DNA of 64,000 nucleotides from an uncultured Planctomycetaceae bacterium (lineage in GTDB: Bacteria; Planctomycetota; Planctomycetia; Isosphaerales; Isosphaeraceae): NCBI GenBank assembly GCA_963833985.1, contig CAWIAD010000002.1, positions 3,328,001 through 3,392,000 on the forward strand. The letters run 5' to 3'. The notes under the pieces were generated by a model. It worked only from the letters and a program-made list of their open reading frames with translations, ran no database searches and was not told the origin of the DNA. Made by a program: the position numbers and the translations under genes. Below, in pieces: positions 21,235 to 31,567 of the stretch. Position 1 is the first letter of the stretch. Each line of letters begins with the position of its first letter.

Positions 21235-22170
21235 ATGACGACGACCGCGACCATCCGGCAACCCTCCCTGCACGTGGCCTGGCCATCGGTGATCTGGATT
21301 GGCGCCATGCACGCGGGAGCGTTGCTCGTCTTCGTGCCGTCCTACTTTAGCTGGTCAGGCGTGCTGGTCTGCCTGTTCCTGCACTGGCTGACTGGCGGCA
21401 TCGGCATCTGCATGATCTATCACCGCCTGCTGACGCATCGCAGCTTCACGCTGCGTCCGCGCTGGCTCGAGTACCCGTTAACGGCCATTGGAGCGATGGC
21501 CTCGGAGGGGGGTGCGATCGGCTGGGTCGCCGACCATCGCCGCCATCACGCGCACTCGGACGATGAGAATGACACGCACACGCCGGTTCAGGGTTTTCTG
21601 TGGGCTCACATGGTGTGGTGGATGCTTGTGGAGGAGTCCTCCAACCATAGCCTGGAATACTACGACCGGTGGGCGCCGGACCTGAACCGCGACCCGGTAC
21701 ACCGCTGGCTCGACCGTTACCACTTCGCTTTTCCGCTGGCGCTTTTTGGGCTCTTGTACTACCTGGGCGGCATGAGCTGGCTGGTCTGGGGCGGTTTCTT
21801 CCGGACCATCTTCGTGTTGCACACGACCTGGCTGGTCAATTCGGCCAGTCACATCTGGGGCTACCGCTCTCACCCCACGCGTGACAAGTCCACGAACCTC
21901 TGGTGGGTGGCATTGCTCACCTATGGAGAGGGATGGCACAACAACCACCACGCGTTTCAGACCTCGGCGCGACACGGCCTGGACTGGTGGGAGATCGATC
22001 CGACCTACCTGGTCATCAAGCTCCTCTCGTTCGTCGGTGTGGCGGGCAACATCAAGCTGCCGAAGATCACCCGGAAGTCGCTGGCTGCCGACGCCCTCGT
22101 GACGGCAGGCGGCGAGAACGCGGACGCGCTGGTGGACGATCCGAACCAGTTCGTTCCCACCGAGGTGTGA
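21235..22170 (+). CDS. Acyl-CoA/acyl-lipid delta-9-type fatty acid desaturase
   Basis: Three His boxes (HRLLTH, HRRHH, GEGWHNNHH) and TM helices. Confidence 0.93.
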   Translation: MTTTATIRQPSLHVAWPSVIWIGAMHAGALLVFVPSYFSWSGVLVCLFLHWLTGGIGICMIYHRLLTHRSFTLRPRWLEYPLTAIGAMASEGGAIGWVADHRRHHAHSDDENDTHTPVQGFLWAHMVWWMLVEESSNHSLEYYDRWAPDLNRDPVHRWLDRYHFAFPLALFGLLYYLGGMSWLVWGGFFRTIFVLHTTWLVNSASHIWGYRSHPTRDKSTNLWWVALLTYGEGWHNNHHAFQTSARHGLDWWEIDPTYLVIKLLSFVGVAGNIKLPKITRKSLAADALVTAGGENADALVDDPNQFVPTEV

Positions 22171-22272
22171 GCTGAGCCAGGGCCTGCGGGTCTGCCTGGT
22201 GGCGTGGCGGTGCGGCCGGTTCTGTTCCGGGACGATCGTGTGTCGATCCGCCCCGCGCACGCTTCGCCGGCC

Positions 22273-22301
22273 TTGTCATCGGCCGGGCCGCCGACCAAGA
22301 T
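22273..22301 (+). promoter_or_regulatory. Possible sigma70 promoter of the tRNA gene
   Basis: TTGTCA-N17-CAAGAT, ending 23 bp upstream of the tRNA 5' end. Confidence 0.35.
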
Positions 22302-22324
22302 GGTAGTGACAGTTCAGTCAGGAT

Positions 22325-22758
22325 GCGGCCCTAGCTCAACGGCAGAGCAGGGGACTCATCAGATTCTCAAAGGTGCCGCCGGCGGGAAAGCCTCCGGATG
22401 TGAACCGGGTGAATTGCGGGAAACCTAAACCCTGATCGTGGCCGATGTGGAATGGCCGGGTGCCGCGTGAGGAACGCGGCCTCGGTCGCCGCAGGCGTGC
22501 TCGGGGCACGGCAATCCGCAGCCAAGCCTGGCCGGGCTCTGGTGGCCAGGAAGGTTCAGAGACTAGCGAAGTGAGCCCCAACAATAATCTTCGCCATGAG
22601 CGCCCGGCCTCCTCGGGTTGGTTCAGCGTGCGGTTGCGGTCGGAACACGACGGACCGGCTTGCCAGGCCACTCGTTGGGGGATGAGATAGTCCAAGCCTC
22701 GTGGAAACGCGAGGGCCCTTGAATCCCTTGGTTGCAGGTTCGAATCCTGCGGGCCGCA
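22325..22758 (+). tRNA. Intron-containing tRNA with CAT anticodon (probably tRNA-Ile2); exons 22325-22359 and 22722-22758
   Basis: The joined exons give a 72-nt cloverleaf: acceptor GCGGCCC/GGGCCGC plus A73, D-arm GCTC/GAGC, anticodon arm GGGGA-CTCATAA-TCCCT, T-arm GCAGG-TTCGAAT-CCTGC. CCA is not encoded. Position 1:72 is paired, so it is not an initiator tRNA. Confidence 0.92.
22360..22721 (+). ncRNA. Group I self-splicing intron (362 nt, no ORF)
   Basis: 5' exon ends in U and the intron ends in G. IGS-like GTG near 22373. Core elements: P AATTGCGGGAAA (22412), Q AATCCGCAGC (22513), R GTTCAGAGACTA (22554), S GAGATAGTCC (22684). P3 CCGGGTG/CGCCCGG, P7 GACTA/TAGTC, P9 CCTCGTG-GAAA-CGCGAGG. 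Confidence 0.92.
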
Positions 22759-22825
22759 TTTGCCGTGGTTGCTCACGCCTGAGAGAACGGGGAGTGCCGG
22801 GTCGGCCGACGGGCGGAAAAAGTGC

Positions 22826-24919
22826 ATGGCTGATCTCGATCCCATCCCGTTCGCGGACGAGAATCCGCGCAGCGCGACGGACGCCGCCATCGCGGCTCCG
22901 GCCAGGAGCAGAGACTTGCCGCGGGCTGCCGCCTGGGAGGCCCCGCGCTGGGCGGGCCCTGTCGCGGCCGTCCTCTGCCTCTTCACCCTTGGCCTGGGGC
23001 ATGACCTGGCCATCTGGAGGGGCATGGGGGGACTGGAGGAGGTGACCGGCCCGTGGCCCATCTGGCGCGACGACCATCCCCTGTACTATCACAGTGCCCT
23101 GGTGACCCGAGCATTTCTTGATCGATCCGGGATGACGGCCGGGTACGACCCCGCGTTCATGGCGGGTTATGCCAAGAGCGTGGTCTTTCCGTCGTCCTCG
23201 ACTCTTCCCGAAGTCGTCCTCTGGGCGTTTCGCGGTGTCCGCCCGGAGCTTGCGTACAAGCTTTACGTGCTGGTTTCGGCCGCGGCAGTCCCCTGGCTGG
23301 TGGCCCTGGCCGCGGGGTGCTGGGGCCTGCGGGCGCGGGGCGTGGCGCTGGCGGTGCTGCTTTTTCTGCTTTACGTCTGGACCGATTTCCCGATCAACTA
23401 CGCGGGGTTCGGCATGCTGCCGTATTTCTTGGGAATCCCGCTTGGCTTGCTGTCCGCGGGGGTCTTCGCGAACTATCTGGTCCGTGGCGGAATCGGCCGC
23501 TGGCTGGCCGCGGCGATCCTCATGAGCCTGAGCGTGATGGTGCACCTGACCGCAGCGATGGTTGTGGTGCCCGCGGCAGCTCTGGCCTACGGGGCCGCGC
23601 TGCGCACCGGCCGTCCGCTCGCCAGCGGGTTGCGCAGGCCGGCCCGGCGGTCCTGGCCGAGCGCGTCCGCTGGGGAACGAGCAGCGCAGGGGGCTGCGGC
23701 TCGGGCGGCACCTGGGCACGTTGAGCTTGCCACTGGTCGTTCTGGCCGGCAACGCCTTCTGGTGGCTGCCAGGGCTCTGGCTGGCGGAGACCAAGGGAAC
23801 CAGTGACTTCGCGTTCGCTCACTCGTCCGAGGGAGTTGTGCGCCGCCTGATCCAGATCTTCACGGTGGAGGCTCCGGTCGAGTCTTTGCTCATTGCCGTG
23901 GGCCTGCCCGGGTTGATGGTGCTGACGCGGCGGTGTGGTGTCCGGGGTGCTGCGATCGCGGGCTTCTGGGTGGCGGGCGCGTTCTGGGGATATTTCGCCG
24001 GGGGATTCCGGGCCCTCGATTTCCTGCAACCGGGCCGGCATACCTACGCCTGCTACACGGCCCTGGCCCTGGCGGCCGGCGCCAGCATCGACGCGATCTT
24101 GCTGAAGCTCCGCGGCAGGGCCGAGCAGGGTTTGCGGCTGGATCGCTGGGCGCTGGCGGCGATGCTGATCGTCACCCTGCGGATGACGGGGTTGCCGCTC
24201 GTCGAGTCGGTCCGCGATCGGGTCTGGGCCGGTGTGCCATTTCTCTCCAGCCGCCCGTCGCCGCGGCTCCTCTGGGTGATCAGCCGGGTGCAGGCCCATG
24301 TGAAGCCGGGGGAGCGGCTGCTTTACGAGGAGGGGGGAAAGGACCTGGCAGGCGTCCCGGACCCATTCGGGCGGGGCCGTTTCAGCGGGCTGTTGCCGGA
24401 GCGAACGGGCGTGGAGCTGATTGGCGGGCCGTACCTGCACGCATCGCTGGCCGCGAACTTCACCCAGTTCGGCGAGGGCGCCCTGTTCGGCGCGTGGACT
24501 GGGACCGCCCTTACTTTGAAAAGTATGCCCGGCTCTACAGGCCCGGTGCCATGCTCTGCTGGAGCCCGCGCGCGCGGCGGTTCTGCCGGTCGAATCCGGA
24601 CCTGATCACGGTGCTGGAGGATGATGGGGCCGTACTCATCGGGCGGGTACACGGGTTCGAGGGCGACGCGATCGAGGGAAGCGCGCGGGTGGTGGCGGAG
24701 CCGGGGCGGCTCCGGGTGCAGGCGATGTCTATCGGGGTTGACGGATCGATTGTGTTGCGATATCACTCCGTCCCGAGTCTGCGGGCCCGGCCATCGATCC
24801 CGCTGGAGCAACGGACGGAGGAAGGGGATCCCGTCCCGTTTATCGCATTGCGGCCGCCTCCAGGTCTCACCGAGGTGGAACTGGAGATGGCAGCCCCCTT
24901 CACGGTTCCGTGGCGATGA
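22826..24919 (+). CDS. Polytopic membrane protein, putative GT-C fold glycosyltransferase; frameshifted
   Basis: First TM followed by acidic loop WRDDHPLY and GYDPAFMAGY; many TM helices; soluble C-terminal domain. Spread over ORFs 22760-23806, 23562-24605 and 23933-24919 (breaks near 23660 and 24492). Confidence 0.6.
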
Positions 24920-26367
24920 AGTGGTGGTTCGAGCACGCGAGGTCAGATCGCGGCGGCGCACGGATCAATCGATATCCTGCGTGGCTTTCTCCAGGGAGGG
25001 AGTATGCCGTGCTAGAGAACGGCTCCGTAGCGCGACGTCGCCCACTGGATCGGTATTCTTACCACGTCTTCTGGGCCCTCTGGGCCACGATCGTGGTCAT
25101 TGCGGCTGCCTTCTACTACCCCAAGGCCGCCGATCACCGCAGTGCCTTCGTGCGCTGGAGGCCCCAGGTTGTCAAATTCTGGGAGGGAATCAACGTTTAT
25201 GACAAGATGCTTTTTCCCAACCCGCCGATCTTGCCCATCACGCTCGGGCCGTTGATGTCGCTGCCGCCGGTGGCGGGGGCGATGACCTGGTTCGCCATCA
25301 AGGTGGCGCTCACAACGGTGGCATTGTGGCTCTGCATGGGCTTCGTGAGAATCCGCGAGGGGCCGTTTCCGCCCTTCTTCCTGAGTGCGGTGTTACTTCT
25401 GAGCTTGCGGCCGATCGTGGGAGATCTTCATCACGGCAACATCAACCTGCTGATCCTGTTCTTGATCGTGGCGATGTTCCAGGCCTGGCGTCAGGGTTAC
25501 GACGTCTTGGCGGGCTTGCTGCTGGGCCTGGCGATCTCGTACAAGGTGACGCCCGCGCTGTTTGTGCCGTATTTCCTTTACAAGAGGTCCTGGCGGACCG
25601 TCGGCGCGACGTGTCTGGGTCTGGGGATGTTCCTGCTGGTGGTACCGAGCCTGATTGTGGGGTTCCGGTTCAATCTCGACTGCCTGATCATGTGGTGGCA
25701 CCGCATGCTTACGCCGTTCCTGGTCGAGGGGAATACCAGTCCCCAGGAGATCAACCAGTCGATGGTGGGCGTGCTGACCCGGTTGCTGACGGAGATTCCG
25801 CCGGGAACCAACCGATACGACCTGCACATCGACGTGAACGTCGTCTCCTGGCCGCCCCAGGTTGTGAGCTACCTGGTCAAGTGCCTGGCACTTGGGCTGG
25901 TCGGCTTGCTGGCGTTTTTCTGCCGGACGCGGGCAGCGGATCGCCGCGATCCGCGCTATCTGGGAGAGATCGCCCTGGTTGTGCTGACGATGCTCTTCGT
26001 CTCGGAACGGAGCTGGAAGCACCATTTCGTCACCCTGCTGCTGCCGTACGCGTTCCTGGTGCGTGAGCTGTACCTGCCGGCAACCCGGCCGCGTGAGCGG
26101 CTGGCGATCGCCTCCGCCCTGCTGGCCTCTTTCGTGTTCATGGCGACGACCTCCACCGAGTTCGGCGGCTTGTTCGCGGGCGGCCGGGGTCACGAGATCG
26201 CACAGGGTTATGGCATGTTCCTGTGGGCCGCCGTGGTCCTCTACGTGGCGGTCGCCTGGCGGATGCGGTCCAGCGGCAGCGCAACCATGGCGAGGCCGCT
26301 GCCGGGGCCTCACCGGGCGTGGTTGGCTCGCGGGGAAGAAAGGTCGGAAACCCTTGAAGCCCTGTGA
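24916..26367 (+). CDS. Glycosyltransferase family 87 (DUF2029)-like membrane protein
   Basis: FPNPP, HGNINLL, LAISYKVTP, NQS and SWKHHFV motifs; overlaps the upstream stop codon (ATGA). Confidence 0.8.
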   Translation: MKWWFEHARSDRGGARINRYPAWLSPGREYAVLENGSVARRRPLDRYSYHVFWALWATIVVIAAAFYYPKAADHRSAFVRWRPQVVKFWEGINVYDKMLFPNPPILPITLGPLMSLPPVAGAMTWFAIKVALTTVALWLCMGFVRIREGPFPPFFLSAVLLLSLRPIVGDLHHGNINLLILFLIVAMFQAWRQGYDVLAGLLLGLAISYKVTPALFVPYFLYKRSWRTVGATCLGLGMFLLVVPSLIVGFRFNLDCLIMWWHRMLTPFLVEGNTSPQEINQSMVGVLTRLLTEIPPGTNRYDLHIDVNVVSWPPQVVSYLVKCLALGLVGLLAFFCRTRAADRRDPRYLGEIALVVLTMLFVSERSWKHHFVTLLLPYAFLVRELYLPATRPRERLAIASALLASFVFMATTSTEFGGLFAGGRGHEIAQGYGMFLWAAVVLYVAVAWRMRSSGSATMARPLPGPHRAWLARGEERSETLEAL

Positions 26368-26609
26368 AGTGATGGTGGCTTCCGCCCGGAAAGGACTGGC
26401 GCGGAAGCATGCTCGAGGCCGATCAAGAAAGTGCGCAGCTTCACCGGCTTTGGCCCGTTCCATGAGTGAGGAAGAGCCTCACTGCGGGCAACACGCCTGT
26501 CGCTTCTGGCCGGGAACGCGCGATCTGAGCATTCATTTCTGTCTGATGAGTTCGCGTGTACATTGGCCGACGCGTCACGTCAATTTCGGCCGAGGGCCAA
26601 GGAGGGCCT

Positions 26610-27615
26610 ATGAGTCCGTCACATACGCATTCGCCCAGGAAACGCCGCCGGGACCTCACGCTCGAGCCGATGGAGGAGCGCAGGCTCCTGAGTGCCGGGC
26701 AGGGAAGCACGTTCGCCATCCTTTCCGGTTCGATCTCCGCGGCCAAGCAGGTGTCCACGGTGCAGTTTCATATCAACCCAGGTGAATTCACGGCCGGCAA
26801 GGGAGGCAGGATCCTGCTGGGTATCGACGTGGCCGGAAATCCGAGTACGTCCATTCAGCCCCAGATCATTGGCGTGAAGAACTCCCGCGGCGGGTCGGCC
26901 GGGGCGCTCATCCATTCGGTATACTCAAGGCAGATCATCAAGGCCAAGAAGCTTACCAACCCGGTGAGGCTCGGCGGTCATGATCAGCCTGCCGGTGCCG
27001 AAGGCCGGGCAGGTCGCGGCCACCTACACCGTGCAGGTCAGGGCAAGCGGGAACACGACGGGTGACTACCTGCTCGGGTTCTACCTGCCCGGCGACGTCG
27101 CGGGCACGGGCACGGTGACCACGTCAGACCTTCAATCCATCAAGTCGCTGATCGGTACCCAGGCGAGCTCGTCGAGCTATAGCTTCGACGCCGATGTCAA
27201 CCGCGATGGCATCATTGCCCCGGCGGACCTCGCGTTCGCCTCGATGAACCTGAACGCCGGTACGAACGTCAGTCCGATCATCAGCGTCAACCTGAACCCG
27301 ACGGCCGACCCGCTGAATAACCGGATCACCAGCCAGCAGGTGGTGAACTTCACCGGCACGGTCAGCCCCGGGGCGACGGTCAGTTTCAAGGAGATTAACG
27401 GCAACTCGCCGGGCGCCTCGACGACGGCGAATTCCCAGGGGCAGTACAGCATCAATGTGCCCCTGGGCAACGGCTCGAACACGTTCCAGGTGACGACGCT
27501 GGACGGGTTTGGCCAGTCGATCAGCGGCCAGATCTCGCCGGTCACGTACCAGGCGAACCCGCCCCGGGTCGTGAACACGCCGCCTTCCGGCACGAGTACG
27601 ACCACCACCGGTTGA
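26610..27615 (+). CDS. Secreted protein with planctomycete extracellular leader, dockerin-like motif and Ig-like domain; frameshifted near 26970
   Basis: GGAGGG RBS; RRRDLTLEPMEERRLLS leader; PGDVAGTGTVTTSDL...DADVNRDGIIAPADL; C-terminal Ig-like strand pattern. Confidence 0.7.
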
Positions 27616-27676
27616 TCCGGGCGGCGATCAATGCTGCAAGCCAGCCAGAGCCAGTCCGTCCTGGTTGACGATGTGG

Positions 27677-28831
27677 TCAGCCAGGCGGCTGGTTCGGTTC
27701 TTCTGGAGCCCGAGGCAACGAAACGGATGCGGCTGAGATCCGCGGCGCCGGCGAACCCTGTGCGGTGTACCGGAGCAAGGCCTCGAGCGCCGGCCCATCG
27801 CCGATCCGCGAGAGCGCCCAGGCTGCGGCGTCTCGGATCACAGGGTCTTCCTCCTCGTCGGCCAGCCTGCGAACAAGGGCCGGAACCGCTTCAGCAACCA
27901 GGCGGTCGCCGAGCACCAGCGCGGCGTTGCGCACCAGACCCACGCGCCTGGCACGCGCCAGAGCAGTCCCGCGCAGGGCCGCTTTCCAGTCCGCCGGAGC
28001 ACGGTCCAGCCAGGCGATGAGATCCGGATTCGTCCACTCGGGGCGTCCCATGAGCGCCTCCACGCGTCCCACGGGCGCCTTGCGATTCCAGGGACAGACG
28101 TCCTGGCAGACGTCGCACCCGAAGACCCATCCGTGGAGCTCACCGGCGGCCTCCTTGCCAATCGGTCCCCTGTGCTCGATGGTCCAGTAGCTGATGCATT
28201 TGCGGGCGTCAAGCTGGTAGGGGGAAGTCAATGCTTCAGTGGGGCATGCGTCCAGACAGCGCGTGCAGGTGCCGCAATGAGTGGCATGGTGTGGCTCATC
28301 CGTGACAAGCTCGCAATCCAGGAGCAACGCGCCCAGCACCGTGAAGCTGCCCAGGCCGCGGTTGATGAGCATGGTGTTCTTGCCAATCCAGCCGAGGCCG
28401 GCCAGCCGGGCGTAATCGCGCTCCATGAGCGGCGCCGTGTCCGCGACGGCCCGGCCGCGAACGCCGGGCATGTGCACGCGCAGCCACGCCAAAAGCTCCT
28501 CGAGGGTGTTCCAGAGCACACGGTGATAGTCTTGTCCCCTGGCGTATCGCGCGACCATGCCGGCGCTGGGGCTTTGCGGCGTGGGGGCCGGCTCTCCATA
28601 GACCATGGCCGCCACCACGATGCTGCGGACGCCGTCGAGCAGGTTAGCGGGATCACGCCGCGGGTCCGCATGCCGCTCCATGTAGCTCATCCCCGCGGCA
28701 TGACCGGACGCGATCCAGTCGAGGAGTCTTGCATGGCCAGGCGCCGGGACGGCCGGCGCAACGCCCACGCGGTCAAAGCCGAGCCGCAGTGCTTCCGCCT
28801 TGAGGTCTCGTGTCAGGCTGTCGTTGTCCAT
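27677..28831 (-). CDS. queG: tRNA epoxyqueuosine reductase
   Basis: ARYARGQDYH, DTAPLMER, GLGWIGKN, CGTCTRCLDACPT, CISYWTIE, GCDVCQDVCPWN and a HEAT-repeat tail. Confidence 0.95.
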   Translation of the reverse strand: MDNDSLTRDLKAEALRLGFDRVGVAPAVPAPGHARLLDWIASGHAAGMSYMERHADPRRDPANLLDGVRSIVVAAMVYGEPAPTPQSPSAGMVARYARGQDYHRVLWNTLEELLAWLRVHMPGVRGRAVADTAPLMERDYARLAGLGWIGKNTMLINRGLGSFTVLGALLLDCELVTDEPHHATHCGTCTRCLDACPTEALTSPYQLDARKCISYWTIEHRGPIGKEAAGELHGWVFGCDVCQDVCPWNRKAPVGRVEALMGRPEWTNPDLIAWLDRAPADWKAALRGTALARARRVGLVRNAALVLGDRLVAEAVPALVRRLADEEEDPVIRDAAAWALSRIGDGPALEALLRYTAQGSPAPRISAASVSLPRAPEEPNQPPG

Positions 28832-28844
28832 GGTCGTCGCGGCA

Positions 28845-29765
28845 TCACGAGCGAAGTCCGCCCCCCAGCGCGCGTGAGTCCTTGACCCCCAGGTTCTCGT
28901 AGATCTGCCGCGTCGCGTCGGAGCGGTTCAGCGTGTAGAAATGGATTCCGCGCACCTGGTTATCCAGCAGGTCGCGGCATTGCTCGGTCGCCCAGTGCAC
29001 GCCCACCCGGGCCACGGCGCGCGAGTCGTCTGCACAGCGTTCGATGGCGCGCTGGAGCCGGGCGGGAATCCGTACTCCCAGCGCCAGCTCCGCAATCCGG
29101 ATCATGGTTTCCCTGGATGTGATCGGCATGATGCCGGCGAGGATGGGAACCCGGATGCCGGCCAGGTCGCAACGTTCCCGGAAATCGTAGAAGTCGGGGT
29201 TACAGAAGAAAAGCTGAGTGCATATGTAATTGGCGCCGGCGTCAACCTTGCGCTTCAGATGGTCCATCTCCTGCAAGCGGTTGGGCGTGCCCGGATGGCC
29301 CTCGGGGAAGCCGGCCACACCGATGCCGAAGCCGCGCGGATCGGCAAGGCTGTTGTGTTCGCGGATGAACTGGACAAGCTGTTCCGCGTACTGGAAGGCG
29401 TCAGCCGAGCGATCGTAGTTCCCCAGGTTCCGGGGAGGATCTCCCCTCAGTGCGAGGATGTTCTCGATGCCCGAGGAGGAATAACGGTCGAGTATGGCTT
29501 CAAGTTCCTCACGGCGATGGCAGACGCAGGTGAGATGGGAAATCGCCGTCAGGTTGGTTTCGCTCTGGATCCGCACTACAAGGTCATGGGTGCGTTCGCG
29601 CGTGGAGCCGCCGGCTCCATAGGTCACCGAGACGAACGCAGGCATGAGCGCCTGCAAGTGGGCGATCGTCTCGAACAGCTCCGCGGACGCCCGATCCGTT
29701 TTCGGCGGGAAGAACTCGAAGCTGAAGGTTGTTGGATGGCCCTGAAAAATGTCGAGTATATGCAT
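28845..29765 (-). CDS. metF: Methylenetetrahydrofolate reductase
   Basis: SFEFFPPKT, SVTYGAGGSTR, HLTC, LALRGD, FPEGH, TQLFF and HFYTLN. Confidence 0.95.
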   Translation of the reverse strand: MHILDIFQGHPTTFSFEFFPPKTDRASAELFETIAHLQALMPAFVSVTYGAGGSTRERTHDLVVRIQSETNLTAISHLTCVCHRREELEAILDRYSSSGIENILALRGDPPRNLGNYDRSADAFQYAEQLVQFIREHNSLADPRGFGIGVAGFPEGHPGTPNRLQEMDHLKRKVDAGANYICTQLFFCNPDFYDFRERCDLAGIRVPILAGIMPITSRETMIRIAELALGVRIPARLQRAIERCADDSRAVARVGVHWATEQCRDLLDNQVRGIHFYTLNRSDATRQIYENLGVKDSRALGGGLRS

Positions 29766-29890
29766 ATGTGTGATCGTCTCACTCTTGAACAGCGATGATA
29801 CGGCGAGCGAGAGCTGCCCCCATAGCATAACCGGGCTGATGCGGTAACGGGAGTCCGAACCGGCCCATGCGCTTGCGCCAGCCGGCCGTG

Positions 29891-30559
29891 TCAGGCGGAG
29901 GAGGTTACTCCTCTTTGGGGACAGAGCTTCGCCAGGGCGCACCGGCTGCACCTTGGTTTGCGGGACAGGCAGACGCTCCGGCCATGCTGGATCAGGCGAT
30001 GGCTCAGGTTCACCCATTCCGAGCGCGGCACCACGGCCATGAGGTCGAGCTCGATCTTGGCGGGAACCTTGTGGCTGCTCAACCCCAGCCGCCAGGCCAG
30101 CCGCTTGACATGGGTGTCAACCACAACGCCGGTTGCGATCTGGAACGCGGTTCCCAGCACCACGTTGGCGGTCTTCCGGCCGACGCCGGCGAGCTGGATC
30201 AGCGTCTCGGCGTCACGCGGAACCTGGCCGTCGAACCGTTCGACCAGGTGCCTGGCCATGCTCTGGATGTTCCGCGCCTTGGACCGGAAAAAACCCGTGG
30301 GACGGATGATCTCTTCCAGCGTCTGCGGCTCACAGCCTGCCATGCTGGCAGCATCCGGGAAGCGATCGAAGAGGCTGTTTGTGACCTGGTTGACTCGAAC
30401 GTCCGTGCACTGAGCCGAGAGGATGGTGGCCACGAGCAGCTCGAAGGGGTTCCGGTGCACCAGGGCGCAGGTTGCCTGGGGATAGAGACGCTTGAGGGCT
30501 CGAACGACCTGGCGGGCATGCGTTCGAGGATCGGCGTCCGGGATCGGTGCTTTGACCAT
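29891..30559 (-). CDS. nth: Endonuclease III
   Basis: LLVATILSAQCTD; HhH motif GVGRKTANVV; VDTHV; Fe-S motif C-x6-C-x2-C-x5-C. Confidence 0.95.
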   Translation of the reverse strand: MVKAPIPDADPRTHARQVVRALKRLYPQATCALVHRNPFELLVATILSAQCTDVRVNQVTNSLFDRFPDAASMAGCEPQTLEEIIRPTGFFRSKARNIQSMARHLVERFDGQVPRDAETLIQLAGVGRKTANVVLGTAFQIATGVVVDTHVKRLAWRLGLSSHKVPAKIELDLMAVVPRSEWVNLSHRLIQHGRSVCLSRKPRCSRCALAKLCPQRGVTSSA

Positions 30560-30833
30560 GATCAGGGTCCTGGGCCGCGGCTCAGCTTCCGGACCGCGAC
30601 GAGTGGCGGAAACTCTTTTCAAGGCCTGAATTGCATTGGCCTTGCCGCCACGCCGTGGCGAACTACAATTCGTTCCGTTGGGTCATTTTCGAGCCGGCGG
30701 AGAAGGCGGGGAACCTGCCCTGCGGATCCCGAGTGTTCGATCGCTGTTCATGGTCCGCCCTGTGACTGCTCATGGGTCGCTGGCGTCACGCAACGTTCCT
30801 GGGTTGGAGCTGGCACTGCTGGCAGTCGGAATC

Positions 30834-31511
30834 ATGGATCACGATCTCGACTTAAGAGAGTTCCACAATATAACAAAGCTCTTCCCGTTACCCAACATCG
30901 TGATGTTTCCGCACGTCGTGCTCCCCCTGCACATCTTCGAGCCGCGGTACCGGCAAATGACCGAGGACGCGCTGGCGGGCGACCGCCTGATCACCATCGT
31001 CCAGATCAGTCCGTCGCCGGAGGGAAAGAACTGGACCGACCCCGTGCCGGTCGAGCCCGTGGGATGCCTGGGGAAGATCATCCAGCACGAGCGGCTGGCC
31101 GACGGCCGCTTTAACCTGCTGCTCCTGGGCTGCAAGCGTGTCCGCCTGCTACGAGAACTTGCAAGCCAGAAACTCTACCGGATCGCCAGGGTGGAAATCG
31201 TGGAAGACGAGCCAGCCTCGCCGCTGGACGCCTCGTCGCGGGTCGAGCTGGTGAAGCTCTTCCGCCAGGTTTTCGAGAGCCAGCAACGGATCGATCCGGA
31301 CCTCGCCGACCTGCTCGAGAAGCCCGTCCCGCTGGGACTGCTTGTGGACATCATGACGTATGCACTGGATTTGCCTCAGGCGCTCAAGCAGGTGCTGCTC
31401 GCCGAGAGCTCTGTGAGTCGACGAATCGAGACGCTCCGGTCGCTGCTTCGGCAGGCCGCCGCCGCCGACAATCCCCGCCGGCCGTTTCCCCCACCCTTCA
31501 GTCTGAACTGA
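30834..31511 (+). CDS. LON peptidase substrate-binding domain protein
   Basis: LFPL..VMFP...PLHIFEPRYRQM and LADGRFNLLL.G motifs; no ATPase or protease domain. Confidence 0.85.
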   Translation: MDHDLDLREFHNITKLFPLPNIVMFPHVVLPLHIFEPRYRQMTEDALAGDRLITIVQISPSPEGKNWTDPVPVEPVGCLGKIIQHERLADGRFNLLLLGCKRVRLLRELASQKLYRIARVEIVEDEPASPLDASSRVELVKLFRQVFESQQRIDPDLADLLEKPVPLGLLVDIMTYALDLPQALKQVLLAESSVSRRIETLRSLLRQAAAADNPRRPFPPPFSLN

Positions 31512-31538
31512 AGGACAGCCGTGCCGGTTCGTCCCAGC

Positions 31539-31567
31539 TTGATTTTCTCCGGCGGGCCGCATAGAAT
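31539..31567 (+). promoter_or_regulatory. Sigma70-type promoter upstream of folE
   Basis: TTGATT-N17-TAGAAT. Confidence 0.55.

Noticed and set aside
22360..22721. Homing endonuclease in the intron (ORF 22445-22690)
   Set aside because: Only 81 aa, no LAGLIDADG/HNH/GIY-YIG motif, and it overlaps the catalytic core.
22325..22758. Initiator tRNA-fMet, or a prophage attachment site splitting the tRNA
   Set aside because: G1-C72 is paired and positions 29-31 are not GGG. There is no integrase or duplicated tRNA end, and the insert is fully explained as a group I intron.
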